Source: Clostridia bacterium (GTDB lineage Bacteria > Bacillota > Clostridia > Oscillospirales > CAG-272). Taken from it: a DNA stretch of 64,000 nt. The stretch lies in NCBI GenBank assembly GCA_017456005.1, contig JAFTLJ010000014.1:17310-81309 (forward strand), read 5' to 3'. A program made the translations under genes and the position numbers. Positions 36,010 through 43,663 of this stretch are shown one piece after another (positions within the stretch are counted from its first letter, which is position 1; each line of letters opens with the position of its first letter). Below the pieces are notes generated by a model. The model did no database searches and was not told the DNA's origin. It worked only from the letters and a program-made list of their open reading frames with translations.

Positions 36010-38973
36010 ATGACCCACACATCACTATTCCTCTCCCAATCCTATTTGGACACATGGGACGACTACAAACGCTCACTCACGCGCGATAACTTCGCGCGCT
36101 GGGATTACGTAATACTCACCGCCTCGAACCCCCAGCAGGCGCAGGGCTTTGAGGCTCAGATAGCGGAGCGCAAAAAGGCAGGTTTTTTGCCCCGCAACAC
36201 GCATTTTGCCGTTATCCCCGACAGGGACGGCAAGCGCATCGGAAGCGGCGGTGCGACGCTCGGCGTTATCAAATATATAGCGGAGCACACCGGAAAGAGC
36301 GATTTCTCGGGACTTCGCATACTCGTTATACACTCGGGCGGCGACTCTAAAAGAGTACCGCAGTATTCGGCTCTCGGCAAGCTCTTTTCGCCTGTCCCAC
36401 ATGAGCTTCCCAACGGCAGAGCCGCAACGCTTTTCGATGAATTCATGATCGCCATGTCGAGCGTTCCCTCCAGAATCCGCGAGGGTATGCTCCTGCTCTC
36501 CGGTGACGTGCTCTTGCTTTTCAATCCCTTGCAGATTGACTACAGCGGCAACGGTGCTGCGGCTATATCCTTCAAAGAAGACGTTGAAACGGGCAAGAAC
36601 CACGGCGTGTTCTTGAACGGCGAAAACGGCAAGGTCGCAAAGTTCCTGCATAAGCAGACGGTAGAATCCTTGCGCGCATACGGCGCCGTAAACGAGCGCG
36701 GTGCGGTCGATATCGACACTGGCGCCGTAATATTCTCCACGGATATGCTCGCCTCTCTCTACTCGCTCATTTCGACGGATGCTGACTACGATAAATATGT
36801 GAACGATACTGTTCGCCTTTCTCTCTACGGCGACTTCCTTTATCCGCTCGCTACGGAATCCACTCTCGAACAGTTCTATCTTGAAAAACCCGAGGGCGAA
36901 TTCTGCGACGAGCTTCACGAGGCTCGCACAGCAGTGTGGGAAGCTCTGCGTCCCTATAGACTCAAGCTCTTGCGCCTCGCGCCTGCGAAGTTTATCCATT
37001 TCGGCACGACGAATGAGATACTCAAGCTCATGTCGGGCGGTATCGACCAGTACAAGGAGCTCGGCTGGAGCAAGCATGTAAACAGCAGCATCACAAGAGC
37101 TACAGCGGGCTACAACAGCGTTCTGTCGAGCAGAGCCAAGGTCGGCAAGGATTGCTACCTTGAGGTCTCTTACGTTCACAGAAACGCTAAAATTGGCGAT
37201 AACGTAGTTCTTTCCTACATAGACATACACGATGAAGAAGTGCCTTCCGACGTAGTCCTCCACGGACTCAAGCAGAAGGACGGCAAGTTCGTAGCGAGAA
37301 TCTACGGCGTCAAGGATAACCCGAAGGAAGACAAGCTCTTCGGTATGCCCATCTCCGAATTCCTTGCTAAAAACGGCATAGATGTTTCCGAGCTCGGTGC
37401 CGACTACAACGGCACTCTCTGGACGGCGGATATGTATCCCGCTTGCGACACGATAGTTGAAGCGGTAGCGGCGGCGCTCAATATCTACGATATGGCGCAT
37501 GACGGCGGCGATGTTGATGCGTGGAAAAACTCTGTTCGTAAATCCCTCTGCTCGGGCTTCAATGCTGCAGACCCCGAAGCGATAATCGCTTGGGACAACC
37601 GCATGCAGGAGCTTGTACGCATGGACGGTATTGCAAAGCTCATCATCTCGGGCAGACCCGCAAGGGAAGCGAAGGACGTTCTGCGCTCGAACAAGCTCAC
37701 TCCCGTGCAGGAGCAGTGGCTTGAAAAAAGACTTGAAGCCGCTGACTTTGCGGAAACGATAAGACTTTACTACTACATAGGAACGGCGCTCGGCGGCATT
37801 GAGGGCGAGAAGCTTCTCGGCAAATGCTTCGACACCATTTCCGAAACTATACTCAAAGGAACAATAGACAATCTTCAGTATAACGAAAACTGCAAGATAA
37901 CAACAGATAAACACACCGTAAAACTTCCTCTGCGTGTAAACTGGGGCGGCGGTTGGTCCGATACCCCCCCGTATTGCAACGAAAAAGGTGGCACTGTACT
38001 TAACGCGGCGATACTCTTAAACGGCGAAAAGCCCGTTGAAGTAACGCTCGAAATAATAGATGAACACAAAATCGTATTCGACAGCCGCGATATGGACGTA
38101 CACGGCGAATTTGACAGCATCGAGCCTTTGCAGGCTACGGGCGACCCGTACGACTCATTCGCACTTCAGAAGGCGGCGCTTCTCGCGTGCGGAATACTCC
38201 CGAAAGAGGGCGGCGACCTTGACGAGATTCTCACTCGCCTTGGCGGCGGCTTCGTGATGCATTCCGAGGTAACTAACGTACCGAAGGGAAGCGGTCTTGG
38301 CACGAGCTCCATTCTCTCCGCGGCTTGCGTAAAAGCGATATTCGAGTTTATGGGTATCGAGCATACGGAGGACGACCTCTACCAGCACGTTCTCGTTATG
38401 GAGCAGATTATGTCCACGGGCGGCGGTTGGCAGGACCAGGTAGGCGGTGTTACACCGGGAATCAAGTATATCACGACGATGCCTGGTATCGCGCAGAAGA
38501 TAAAGGTTTCCCACGTAGAGATACCCGAAGAAACCAAGAAGGAGCTCAACGAGCGCTTCGTGCTTATCTACACGGGTCAGCGCAGACTTGCGAGAAACCT
38601 GCTTCGCGACGTTGTGGGCAGATACGTAGGCAACGAGCCCGACTCGCTCTTCGCTCTCAACGAGATACAGAAAACGGCGGCTCTTATGAAGTTTGAGCTT
38701 GAGAGAGGTAATGTGGAAGAATTCGCAAACCTTCTCAACTACCACTGGGAGCTTTCTCAGAAGGTGGATAAAGGCTCTACGAATACACTTATCGACCAGA
38801 TATTTGCAAGCGTTGACGAATTTGCGGCAGGCAAACTCGTTTGCGGCGCGGGCGGCGGCGGCTTCCTCCAGATGCTCCTTAAGAAGGGCGTGGACAAAGC
38901 TGACGTGCGCGCGAGACTCAAGGAAGTATTCCAAGATTCCGCAGTCGATGTCTGGGATTGCACTCTCGTGTAA
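36010..38973 (+). CDS. fkp: bifunctional L-fucokinase / fucose-1-phosphate guanylyltransferase
   Basis: 987-aa ORF. It combines an N-terminal fucose-pyrophosphorylase-like domain with a C-terminal GHMP kinase (PKGSGLGTSSILSAA). This is the same architecture as Bacteroides Fkp. Confidence 0.8.
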   Translation: MTHTSLFLSQSYLDTWDDYKRSLTRDNFARWDYVILTASNPQQAQGFEAQIAERKKAGFLPRNTHFAVIPDRDGKRIGSGGATLGVIKYIAEHTGKSDFSGLRILVIHSGGDSKRVPQYSALGKLFSPVPHELPNGRAATLFDEFMIAMSSVPSRIREGMLLLSGDVLLLFNPLQIDYSGNGAAAISFKEDVETGKNHGVFLNGENGKVAKFLHKQTVESLRAYGAVNERGAVDIDTGAVIFSTDMLASLYSLISTDADYDKYVNDTVRLSLYGDFLYPLATESTLEQFYLEKPEGEFCDELHEARTAVWEALRPYRLKLLRLAPAKFIHFGTTNEILKLMSGGIDQYKELGWSKHVNSSITRATAGYNSVLSSRAKVGKDCYLEVSYVHRNAKIGDNVVLSYIDIHDEEVPSDVVLHGLKQKDGKFVARIYGVKDNPKEDKLFGMPISEFLAKNGIDVSELGADYNGTLWTADMYPACDTIVEAVAAALNIYDMAHDGGDVDAWKNSVRKSLCSGFNAADPEAIIAWDNRMQELVRMDGIAKLIISGRPAREAKDVLRSNKLTPVQEQWLEKRLEAADFAETIRLYYYIGTALGGIEGEKLLGKCFDTISETILKGTIDNLQYNENCKITTDKHTVKLPLRVNWGGGWSDTPPYCNEKGGTVLNAAILLNGEKPVEVTLEIIDEHKIVFDSRDMDVHGEFDSIEPLQATGDPYDSFALQKAALLACGILPKEGGDLDEILTRLGGGFVMHSEVTNVPKGSGLGTSSILSAACVKAIFEFMGIEHTEDDLYQHVLVMEQIMSTGGGWQDQVGGVTPGIKYITTMPGIAQKIKVSHVEIPEETKKELNERFVLIYTGQRRLARNLLRDVVGRYVGNEPDSLFALNEIQKTAALMKFELERGNVEEFANLLNYHWELSQKVDKGSTNTLIDQIFASVDEFAAGKLVCGAGGGGFLQMLLKKGVDKADVRARLKEVFQDSAVDVWDCTLV

Positions 38974-38985
38974 GGGGGTGGGGAT

Positions 38986-39411
38986 ATGCTGAAGAATATT
39001 TCCCCCATCATCTCCCCGATGCTCCTCAAGGTCCTGTGCGAAATGGGACACGGCGACGAGATAGTTCTTGCAGACGCGAACTTCCCCTCGGAGAGCATCG
39101 CTCATAACAATCAGATAATACGCGCGGACGGCATCGGCGTTCTGGACCTCCTTAACGCCATCCTCCCGCTTTTCCCGCTCGACCAGTATGACAGTGAAAA
39201 CTTCATCGTCATGCAGGTCGTGGACGGCGACCCCATCCCGACGATATGGGATGAATTCAAGAAGATCATCGACAAATACGAACCCGAATGCAGTATGACG
39301 TTTATTGACAGATTCGACTATTACGAAAGGTCAAAAAAAGCTTACGCGGTAATCGCCACCGGCGAAAAAGCGCAGTATGCGAATGTGGTGCTGAAAAAAG
39401 GGGTTATTTAA
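38986..39411 (+). CDS. fucU: RbsD/FucU family sugar mutarotase
   Basis: 141-aa ORF with the motif GHGDEIVLADANFP. Confidence 0.85.
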   Translation: MLKNISPIISPMLLKVLCEMGHGDEIVLADANFPSESIAHNNQIIRADGIGVLDLLNAILPLFPLDQYDSENFIVMQVVDGDPIPTIWDEFKKIIDKYEPECSMTFIDRFDYYERSKKAYAVIATGEKAQYANVVLKKGVI

Positions 39412-39437
39412 AACATTATGTCGGAGGAAGTTTTTCT

Positions 39438-40613
39438 ATGACCGCATACGAAACATTTGAACAAACCTACCGTAAGCCACCTGAATACACCACATTTACC
39501 CCATACCGTATCTGCCCGCTCGGTGCTCATTCCGACCATCAGCTCGGCAAGATAACGGGCTTTGCCATTGACAAAGGCATACATATCGCGTACGGACCGA
39601 AGCAGAACGGTATTATTGAGATACAGTCCGTGCAGTTCCCGAAGCGAGCGCAGTGGCACGTAGCGTCCACCCCTTCCGAGAAGCAGGGAGACTGGGCCGA
39701 CCACCTTCGCGGTGCTACAATAGCTCTTAACAGCCGCTATCCTCTGCGCACAGGCCTTTGCGCGGTGCTCGACGGCGAGCTTCCGATAGGCGGTCTTTCC
39801 TCGTCTGCGGCGGTGATTATCACTTTTCTATCGGCCCTCTGCCAGATGAATGGTATTCACTTGACAGAATCAGAGCTTGTGCAGATATCGCTCGAAGCAG
39901 AGAATAAATACGTCGGCGTTTCCTGCGGCAAGCTCGACCAGAGCTGTGAGGTATATTCCAGAAAGGACAACCTCCTTTATATGGACCTCAAGGATGACAG
40001 CTACGAGCTTATCCCTCAGCATCCCGACATGAAGCCGTATAAGATAGCGATATTCTTCAGCGGCTTGGAGCGCAGTTTGGCAAGCTCGAAATTCAATATG
40101 CGCGTTGACGAATGCCGTTCCGCTGCATATGCCCTTATGGCATATGCGGGAATGGACTACGGCAAATTTAATGAAACAAACTTGCGTGACGTTCCCAGAG
40201 AAGTATACGAGCAGTATAAGGACAAGCTTCCCGAAAACTGGCGCAAACGTGCCGAGCATTGGTACACTGAATTTGACCGTGTGCAGAGAGGCGCCGAAGC
40301 ATGGCGCAGAGGCGATATAGAAGAATTCGGCAGACTTTCGTTCGAAAGCGGACACTCGTCTATCTACAACTGGGAAACAGGCTCTCCCGAGCTTATCAAG
40401 CTCTATGAGATTATGACCAAGACTCAAGGCATCTACGGCGGACGCTTCTCGGGCGCAGGCTTCAAGGGCTGTTGCATGGCGCTTATCGATCCTGCTTACG
40501 AAGAAAGCATCGTAGAAAAAGTAACACGCGAATATCTCGCGGCGTTCCCCGAGCTTGAGGGAAAATATTCCGCACATATCTGCGAAAGTGCAGACGGAGT
40601 AAAACTCCCATAA
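39438..40613 (+). CDS. galactokinase-family (GHMP) sugar-1-kinase, substrate unknown
   Basis: Motifs PLGAHSDHQ, PIGGLSSSAAV, NMRVDEC and GGRFSGAGFKGC. Confidence 0.8.
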   Translation: MTAYETFEQTYRKPPEYTTFTPYRICPLGAHSDHQLGKITGFAIDKGIHIAYGPKQNGIIEIQSVQFPKRAQWHVASTPSEKQGDWADHLRGATIALNSRYPLRTGLCAVLDGELPIGGLSSSAAVIITFLSALCQMNGIHLTESELVQISLEAENKYVGVSCGKLDQSCEVYSRKDNLLYMDLKDDSYELIPQHPDMKPYKIAIFFSGLERSLASSKFNMRVDECRSAAYALMAYAGMDYGKFNETNLRDVPREVYEQYKDKLPENWRKRAEHWYTEFDRVQRGAEAWRRGDIEEFGRLSFESGHSSIYNWETGSPELIKLYEIMTKTQGIYGGRFSGAGFKGCCMALIDPAYEESIVEKVTREYLAAFPELEGKYSAHICESADGVKLP

Positions 40614-40751
40614 GGAAGTTTTACAAAAAAACTTAATACATAAAACCAAAAGCTTTGGCGAGAACCTTAGGAACGAACACGTTTGACTAAAGTTTTTTTG
40701 CCAAGCTTTTTTTCAAAAAAGCGAAAAAAACAGCGGAGGAATGAACTAAAC

Positions 40752-41486
40752 ATGAAATGTCTTATACTTGCGGCGGGATATGCAACTCGCCTTTACCCAC
40801 TCACGGAAAACTTCCCGAAACCTTTGCTTGAAGTAAAAGGGAAGACCATACTTGACTGGCTGATTGACGACATCGACACGCTCGGCGCGGTTGACGAATA
40901 CATTGTTATCTCAAACCATAAATTTGCTCACCATTTCGATAAATGGGCTGCTGAAAAAACGCAGAAAGTAACCGTTGTTGACGACGGCACAAGCACGAAC
41001 GAAACCAGGCTCGGTGCTGTTAAAGATATACAATATGCTATTGATAAGCTTGGGCTCGATGATGATATACTCGTAATTGCAGGTGATAATTTGCTCGACT
41101 TCAGCCTCACTGAGTTTATCAAATATGCGAAAGCTAAAAATAGCTCCTGCATCATGCGTTACTATGAAGCAAACGAGCAGAAGCTTCTCAAATGCGGCGT
41201 CGTAACGATCGATGAAAACGATAAGATACTCGAAATGACAGAGAAATCTCCTACACCTGCAACGCATTGGTGCACGCCTCCTTTCTATTTTTACACGAAA
41301 GAAGATGCAAAACTTGTTCAGGCAGGAATAGATTCAGGATGCGGCGTTGACGCTCCCGGGAGCTACATCGCATGGCTCTGCAAGCAGACGAACGTTTATG
41401 CTATGGAAATGCCCGGCAAACGCTATGACATAGGCAACCTTGAAAGCTACGAAAAAGTGCAGAAGGAGTATAACGGAATATGCTGA
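40752..41486 (+). CDS. sugar-1-phosphate nucleotidyltransferase
   Basis: MKCLILAAGYATRLYPLTENFPKPLL, an NTP-transferase signature. ATG after GGAGG. Confidence 0.85.
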   Translation: MKCLILAAGYATRLYPLTENFPKPLLEVKGKTILDWLIDDIDTLGAVDEYIVISNHKFAHHFDKWAAEKTQKVTVVDDGTSTNETRLGAVKDIQYAIDKLGLDDDILVIAGDNLLDFSLTEFIKYAKAKNSSCIMRYYEANEQKLLKCGVVTIDENDKILEMTEKSPTPATHWCTPPFYFYTKEDAKLVQAGIDSGCGVDAPGSYIAWLCKQTNVYAMEMPGKRYDIGNLESYEKVQKEYNGIC

Positions 41487-42562
41487 CACCTAACGTAAAT
41501 CTCACAGGAAAAACGGTTCTCGTTACGGGTGCGGCTGGCTTTGTAGGCGCTAACCTCGTAAAAGAACTTCTTAACACAGTAGAAAAGATACACATCGTCG
41601 GTATCGACAATATGAACGATTACTACGACGTGTCCATCAAAGATTACCGCCTCGCTGAAATAGAAAAACTCGCGGCGGAAAAGACTGGTTGCAAATGGAC
41701 TTTCGTGAAGGGCAATATCGCCGATAGAGCGCTTATCGACAGACTTTTCGCCGAATACGGATTTGCGGTAGTCGTAAACCTTGCGGCTCAGGCGGGCGTA
41801 AGATATTCCATCACAAACCCCGACGTGTACATAGAATCCAATATCATCGGCTTCTATAACATACTAGAAGCATGCCGCGCAAATCCCGTTGAGCATCTTG
41901 TTTACGCGTCAAGCTCCTCGGTATACGGTTCAAACAAGAAGATACCTTATTCCACCGACGATAAGGTTGACAATCCCGTGTCCCTCTACGCGGCTACGAA
42001 GAAAAGCAACGAGCTTATGGCTCACGCTTACTCGAAGCTTTACAATATCCCGTCCACGGGACTTCGCTTCTTCACGGTATACGGTCCTGCAGGCCGTCCC
42101 GATATGGCTTACTTCGGATTTACGAACAAGCTTCGTGAGGGTAAGACTATTGAAATATTTAACTTCGGTAACTGCAAACGCGACTTTACATACGTTGACG
42201 ATATAGTTACAGGCGTTAAGCACATTATGCAGAACGCTCCCGAAAAAGTAACGGGTGAAGACGGACTTCCCGTACCTCCTTACAGAGTTTACAATATCGG
42301 TAACAACAGCCCCGAAAATCTGCTTGACTTCGTTGATATCCTTCAGCAGGAGCTTATTTGTGCTAAAGTTCTTCCCGAAGACTATGACTTCGAAGCTCAT
42401 AAAAAGCTCGTTCCAATGCAGGCGGGTGACGTTCCGATAACGTATGCTGATACAAGTGCGCTTGAAAGAGATTTCGGCTTCAAGCCGAACACGAGCTTGA
42501 GAGAGGGCTTGAGGAAGTTTGCTGAGTGGTACTATGAGTTCTATCTCGAAAAAGGTGAATAA
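41480..42562 (+). CDS. NAD-dependent epimerase, UDP-glucuronate 4-epimerase-like
   Basis: GAAGFVG, SSSSVYG, YAATKKSNE (YxxxK) and RFFTVYGPAGRPDMA. Confidence 0.7.
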   Translation: MLTPNVNLTGKTVLVTGAAGFVGANLVKELLNTVEKIHIVGIDNMNDYYDVSIKDYRLAEIEKLAAEKTGCKWTFVKGNIADRALIDRLFAEYGFAVVVNLAAQAGVRYSITNPDVYIESNIIGFYNILEACRANPVEHLVYASSSSVYGSNKKIPYSTDDKVDNPVSLYAATKKSNELMAHAYSKLYNIPSTGLRFFTVYGPAGRPDMAYFGFTNKLREGKTIEIFNFGNCKRDFTYVDDIVTGVKHIMQNAPEKVTGEDGLPVPPYRVYNIGNNSPENLLDFVDILQQELICAKVLPEDYDFEAHKKLVPMQAGDVPITYADTSALERDFGFKPNTSLREGLRKFAEWYYEFYLEKGE

Positions 42563-42576
42563 ATATATAGATTACC

Positions 42577-42606
42577 AAGGACATCTGCATGCAGATGTCC
42601 TTTTTG
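42577..42606 (+). terminator. terminator at the end of the polysaccharide operon
   Basis: AAGGACATCTGCATGCAGATGTCCTT followed by TTTT. Confidence 0.75.
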
Positions 42607-42695
42607 CCAATTGTCAATGGCTCACCGATACATTGACAATATGGTGCTTTCGTGGTATCATAAATATACATTCAGCTACAAACTTGCGAGGATTT

Positions 42696-43136
42696 ATGTA
42701 TATGGATGATATTAAGCAAAAATTATGCCCTAATTGCCGGGCGAATGTGGAAGGCTTGGTGCACAGGTGCAATTGTTGCGGTGCAACTCTTGATAAAAAG
42801 CCGTCGTTTTTCATTTGGCATACTTATATGACACAGGAAAGCGGAGATTTACAAGCTTTAACCAAAAAAATCTTTGATGAGAAAGCTGTGCCCGAAAACC
42901 CGGATCATCTTGAGCATGTGAAGAAAATCATTTTCGATATATATTGCTATCCGCAAGATATGCTTGGGGATATGACAAACAAGGTGATCTGCTATAGAAC
43001 GAAAAAAGAATGCCGTATCAGAATTGTTTTAGATTATGAGAAGTATATATCTTCAAATTCTTTTGAAAAAACAGAGATGATTACCGATGGTATTATTGCA
43101 GGGATAGAACTGTTTGAAAGTAGATTTAAAAAATAA
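42696..43136 (+). CDS. hypothetical protein with N-terminal CxxC...CxxC zinc-ribbon
   Basis: 146-aa ORF (MYMDDIKQKLCPNCRANVEGLVHRCNCCGATL...). It is the last gene of the element before the right junction. Confidence 0.55.
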   Translation: MYMDDIKQKLCPNCRANVEGLVHRCNCCGATLDKKPSFFIWHTYMTQESGDLQALTKKIFDEKAVPENPDHLEHVKKIIFDIYCYPQDMLGDMTNKVICYRTKKECRIRIVLDYEKYISSNSFEKTEMITDGIIAGIELFESRFKK

Positions 43137-43146
43137 TAAATCATGC

Positions 43147-43175
43147 AAAAAAGCCTTATGTATCAAGGCTTTTTG
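43147..43175. terminator. bidirectional hairpin terminator at element right end
   Basis: AAAAAGCCTT/AAGGCTTTTT. It contains the stop codon of the truncated spoVT' ORF. Confidence 0.6.
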
Positions 43176-43351
43176 CTGTTTAAACCCGCTCTATCGCCAA
43201 AATCGATCATCGCTATGCAGAACCTTTCTGTCTGTGTCAACGTCATCTGCGACGGGTCGCCCTCGCGAATACGCATGGTTCTTCTTATTTCTTTAGGTAT
43301 AACGACTCTTCCGAGGTCGTCGATACGTCTTACAATACCGGTAGCTTTCAT
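43163..43351 (-). CDS. truncated SpoVT' (33 native codons plus a 29-codon element-encoded tail)
   Basis: 62-aa ORF MKATGIVRRIDDLGRVVIPKEIRRTMRIREGDP + SQMTLTQTERFCIAMIDFGDRAGLNSKKP. Confidence 0.6.
   Translation of the reverse strand: MKATGIVRRIDDLGRVVIPKEIRRTMRIREGDPSQMTLTQTERFCIAMIDFGDRAGLNSKKP
43227..43270. other. right junction of element (core CGGGTCGCC 43253-43261)
   Basis: The core is identical to 9627-9635. The element-side arm is GTGTCAACGT (43234-43243). The 11-mer TCTGTCTGTGT (43227-43237) also occurs at 9606-9616. Confidence 0.8.
43253..43351 (-). pseudogene. spoVT: spoVT 5' segment (codons 1-33, AbrB-type swapped-hairpin N-terminus)
   Basis: MKATGIVRRIDDLGRVVIPKEIRRTMRIREGDP is nearly identical to the B. 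subtilis SpoVT N-terminus. GGAGG RBS upstream. Confidence 0.9.
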
Positions 43352-43421
43352 ATATATAAATCCTCCGTAAAAATCTTTTTAATTTTTGCAAAATTTGTCT
43401 GTTCAAGCGGTGGTATTATCA

Positions 43422-43450
43422 AGTATACCCTGTATTTTGCAAAATATGCG
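43422..43450 (-). promoter_or_regulatory. candidate spoVT promoter (forespore sigma-F/G-like -35)
   Basis: Minus strand reads GCATA-N17-TATACTT, a partial match to GHATR/CATnnTA-type consensus. Confidence 0.25.
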
Positions 43451-43559
43451 TTTTTTTGCGGATGGATTTATATTAAAAAAGCCGCCACAATGGCGTGGTG
43501 TTCTGATCGGAGAAATTGTGTAGCGCACGGTAGGGGCGAACATCCGAGCAAACTTGGCG

Positions 43560-43660
43560 GTTCGCCCGCGGGAGACCACAGGTCTCCACTACGGATAGGG
43601 CATAATTGCTATGAAGGAAAAATAGCAAGCCCCGACAGACCTTCAAATCTGTCGGGGCTC
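43560..43660 (+). repeat. repeat family A-related segment with terminator hairpin (43629-43658)
   Basis: GGAGACCACAGGTCTCC hairpin, then CATAATTGC, then GCCCCGACAGA..TCTGTCGGGGC. Confidence 0.65.
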
Positions 43661-43663
43661 GTT

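Larger units (their letters stand above)
9627..43252. mobile_element. 33.6-kb integrative mobilizable element inserted in spoVT (serine recombinase, MobC/relaxase, polysaccharide cargo)
   Basis: It splits spoVT precisely, with duplicated 9-bp cores at both ends. The recombinase sits at one end. A relaxase, MobC and candidate oriT are present, but no T4SS or phage structural genes. Confidence 0.85.

Noticed and set aside
36073-37914. 613-aa ORF on the minus strand opposite fkp. Similar long antisense ORFs lie at 38155-39105, 39870-40649, 47892-50477 (861 aa), 57512-59722 (736 aa), 1551-2972, 324-1058, 21047-22075, 61556-62392 and 62809-63645.
   Set aside because: Each lies entirely antisense to a gene with clear family motifs. 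Their translations are Cys/Phe/Arg/Val-rich with no recognisable domains. They are stop-poor shadow frames typical of GC-biased coding regions.
9627-43252. Prophage interpretation of the spoVT-inserted element (by analogy with SPbeta or skin).
   Set aside because: No terminase, portal, capsid, tail, holin or lysin genes were recognised. The MobC/relaxase/oriT content fits an integrative mobilizable element.
43490-43620. A tRNA-like or other small-RNA gene in the GC-rich segment upstream of the 43664 gene terminator.
   Set aside because: I could not fold a cloverleaf with acceptor and anticodon arms or find a T-loop GTTCRANNC box. The segment resembles the hairpin part of repeat family A.
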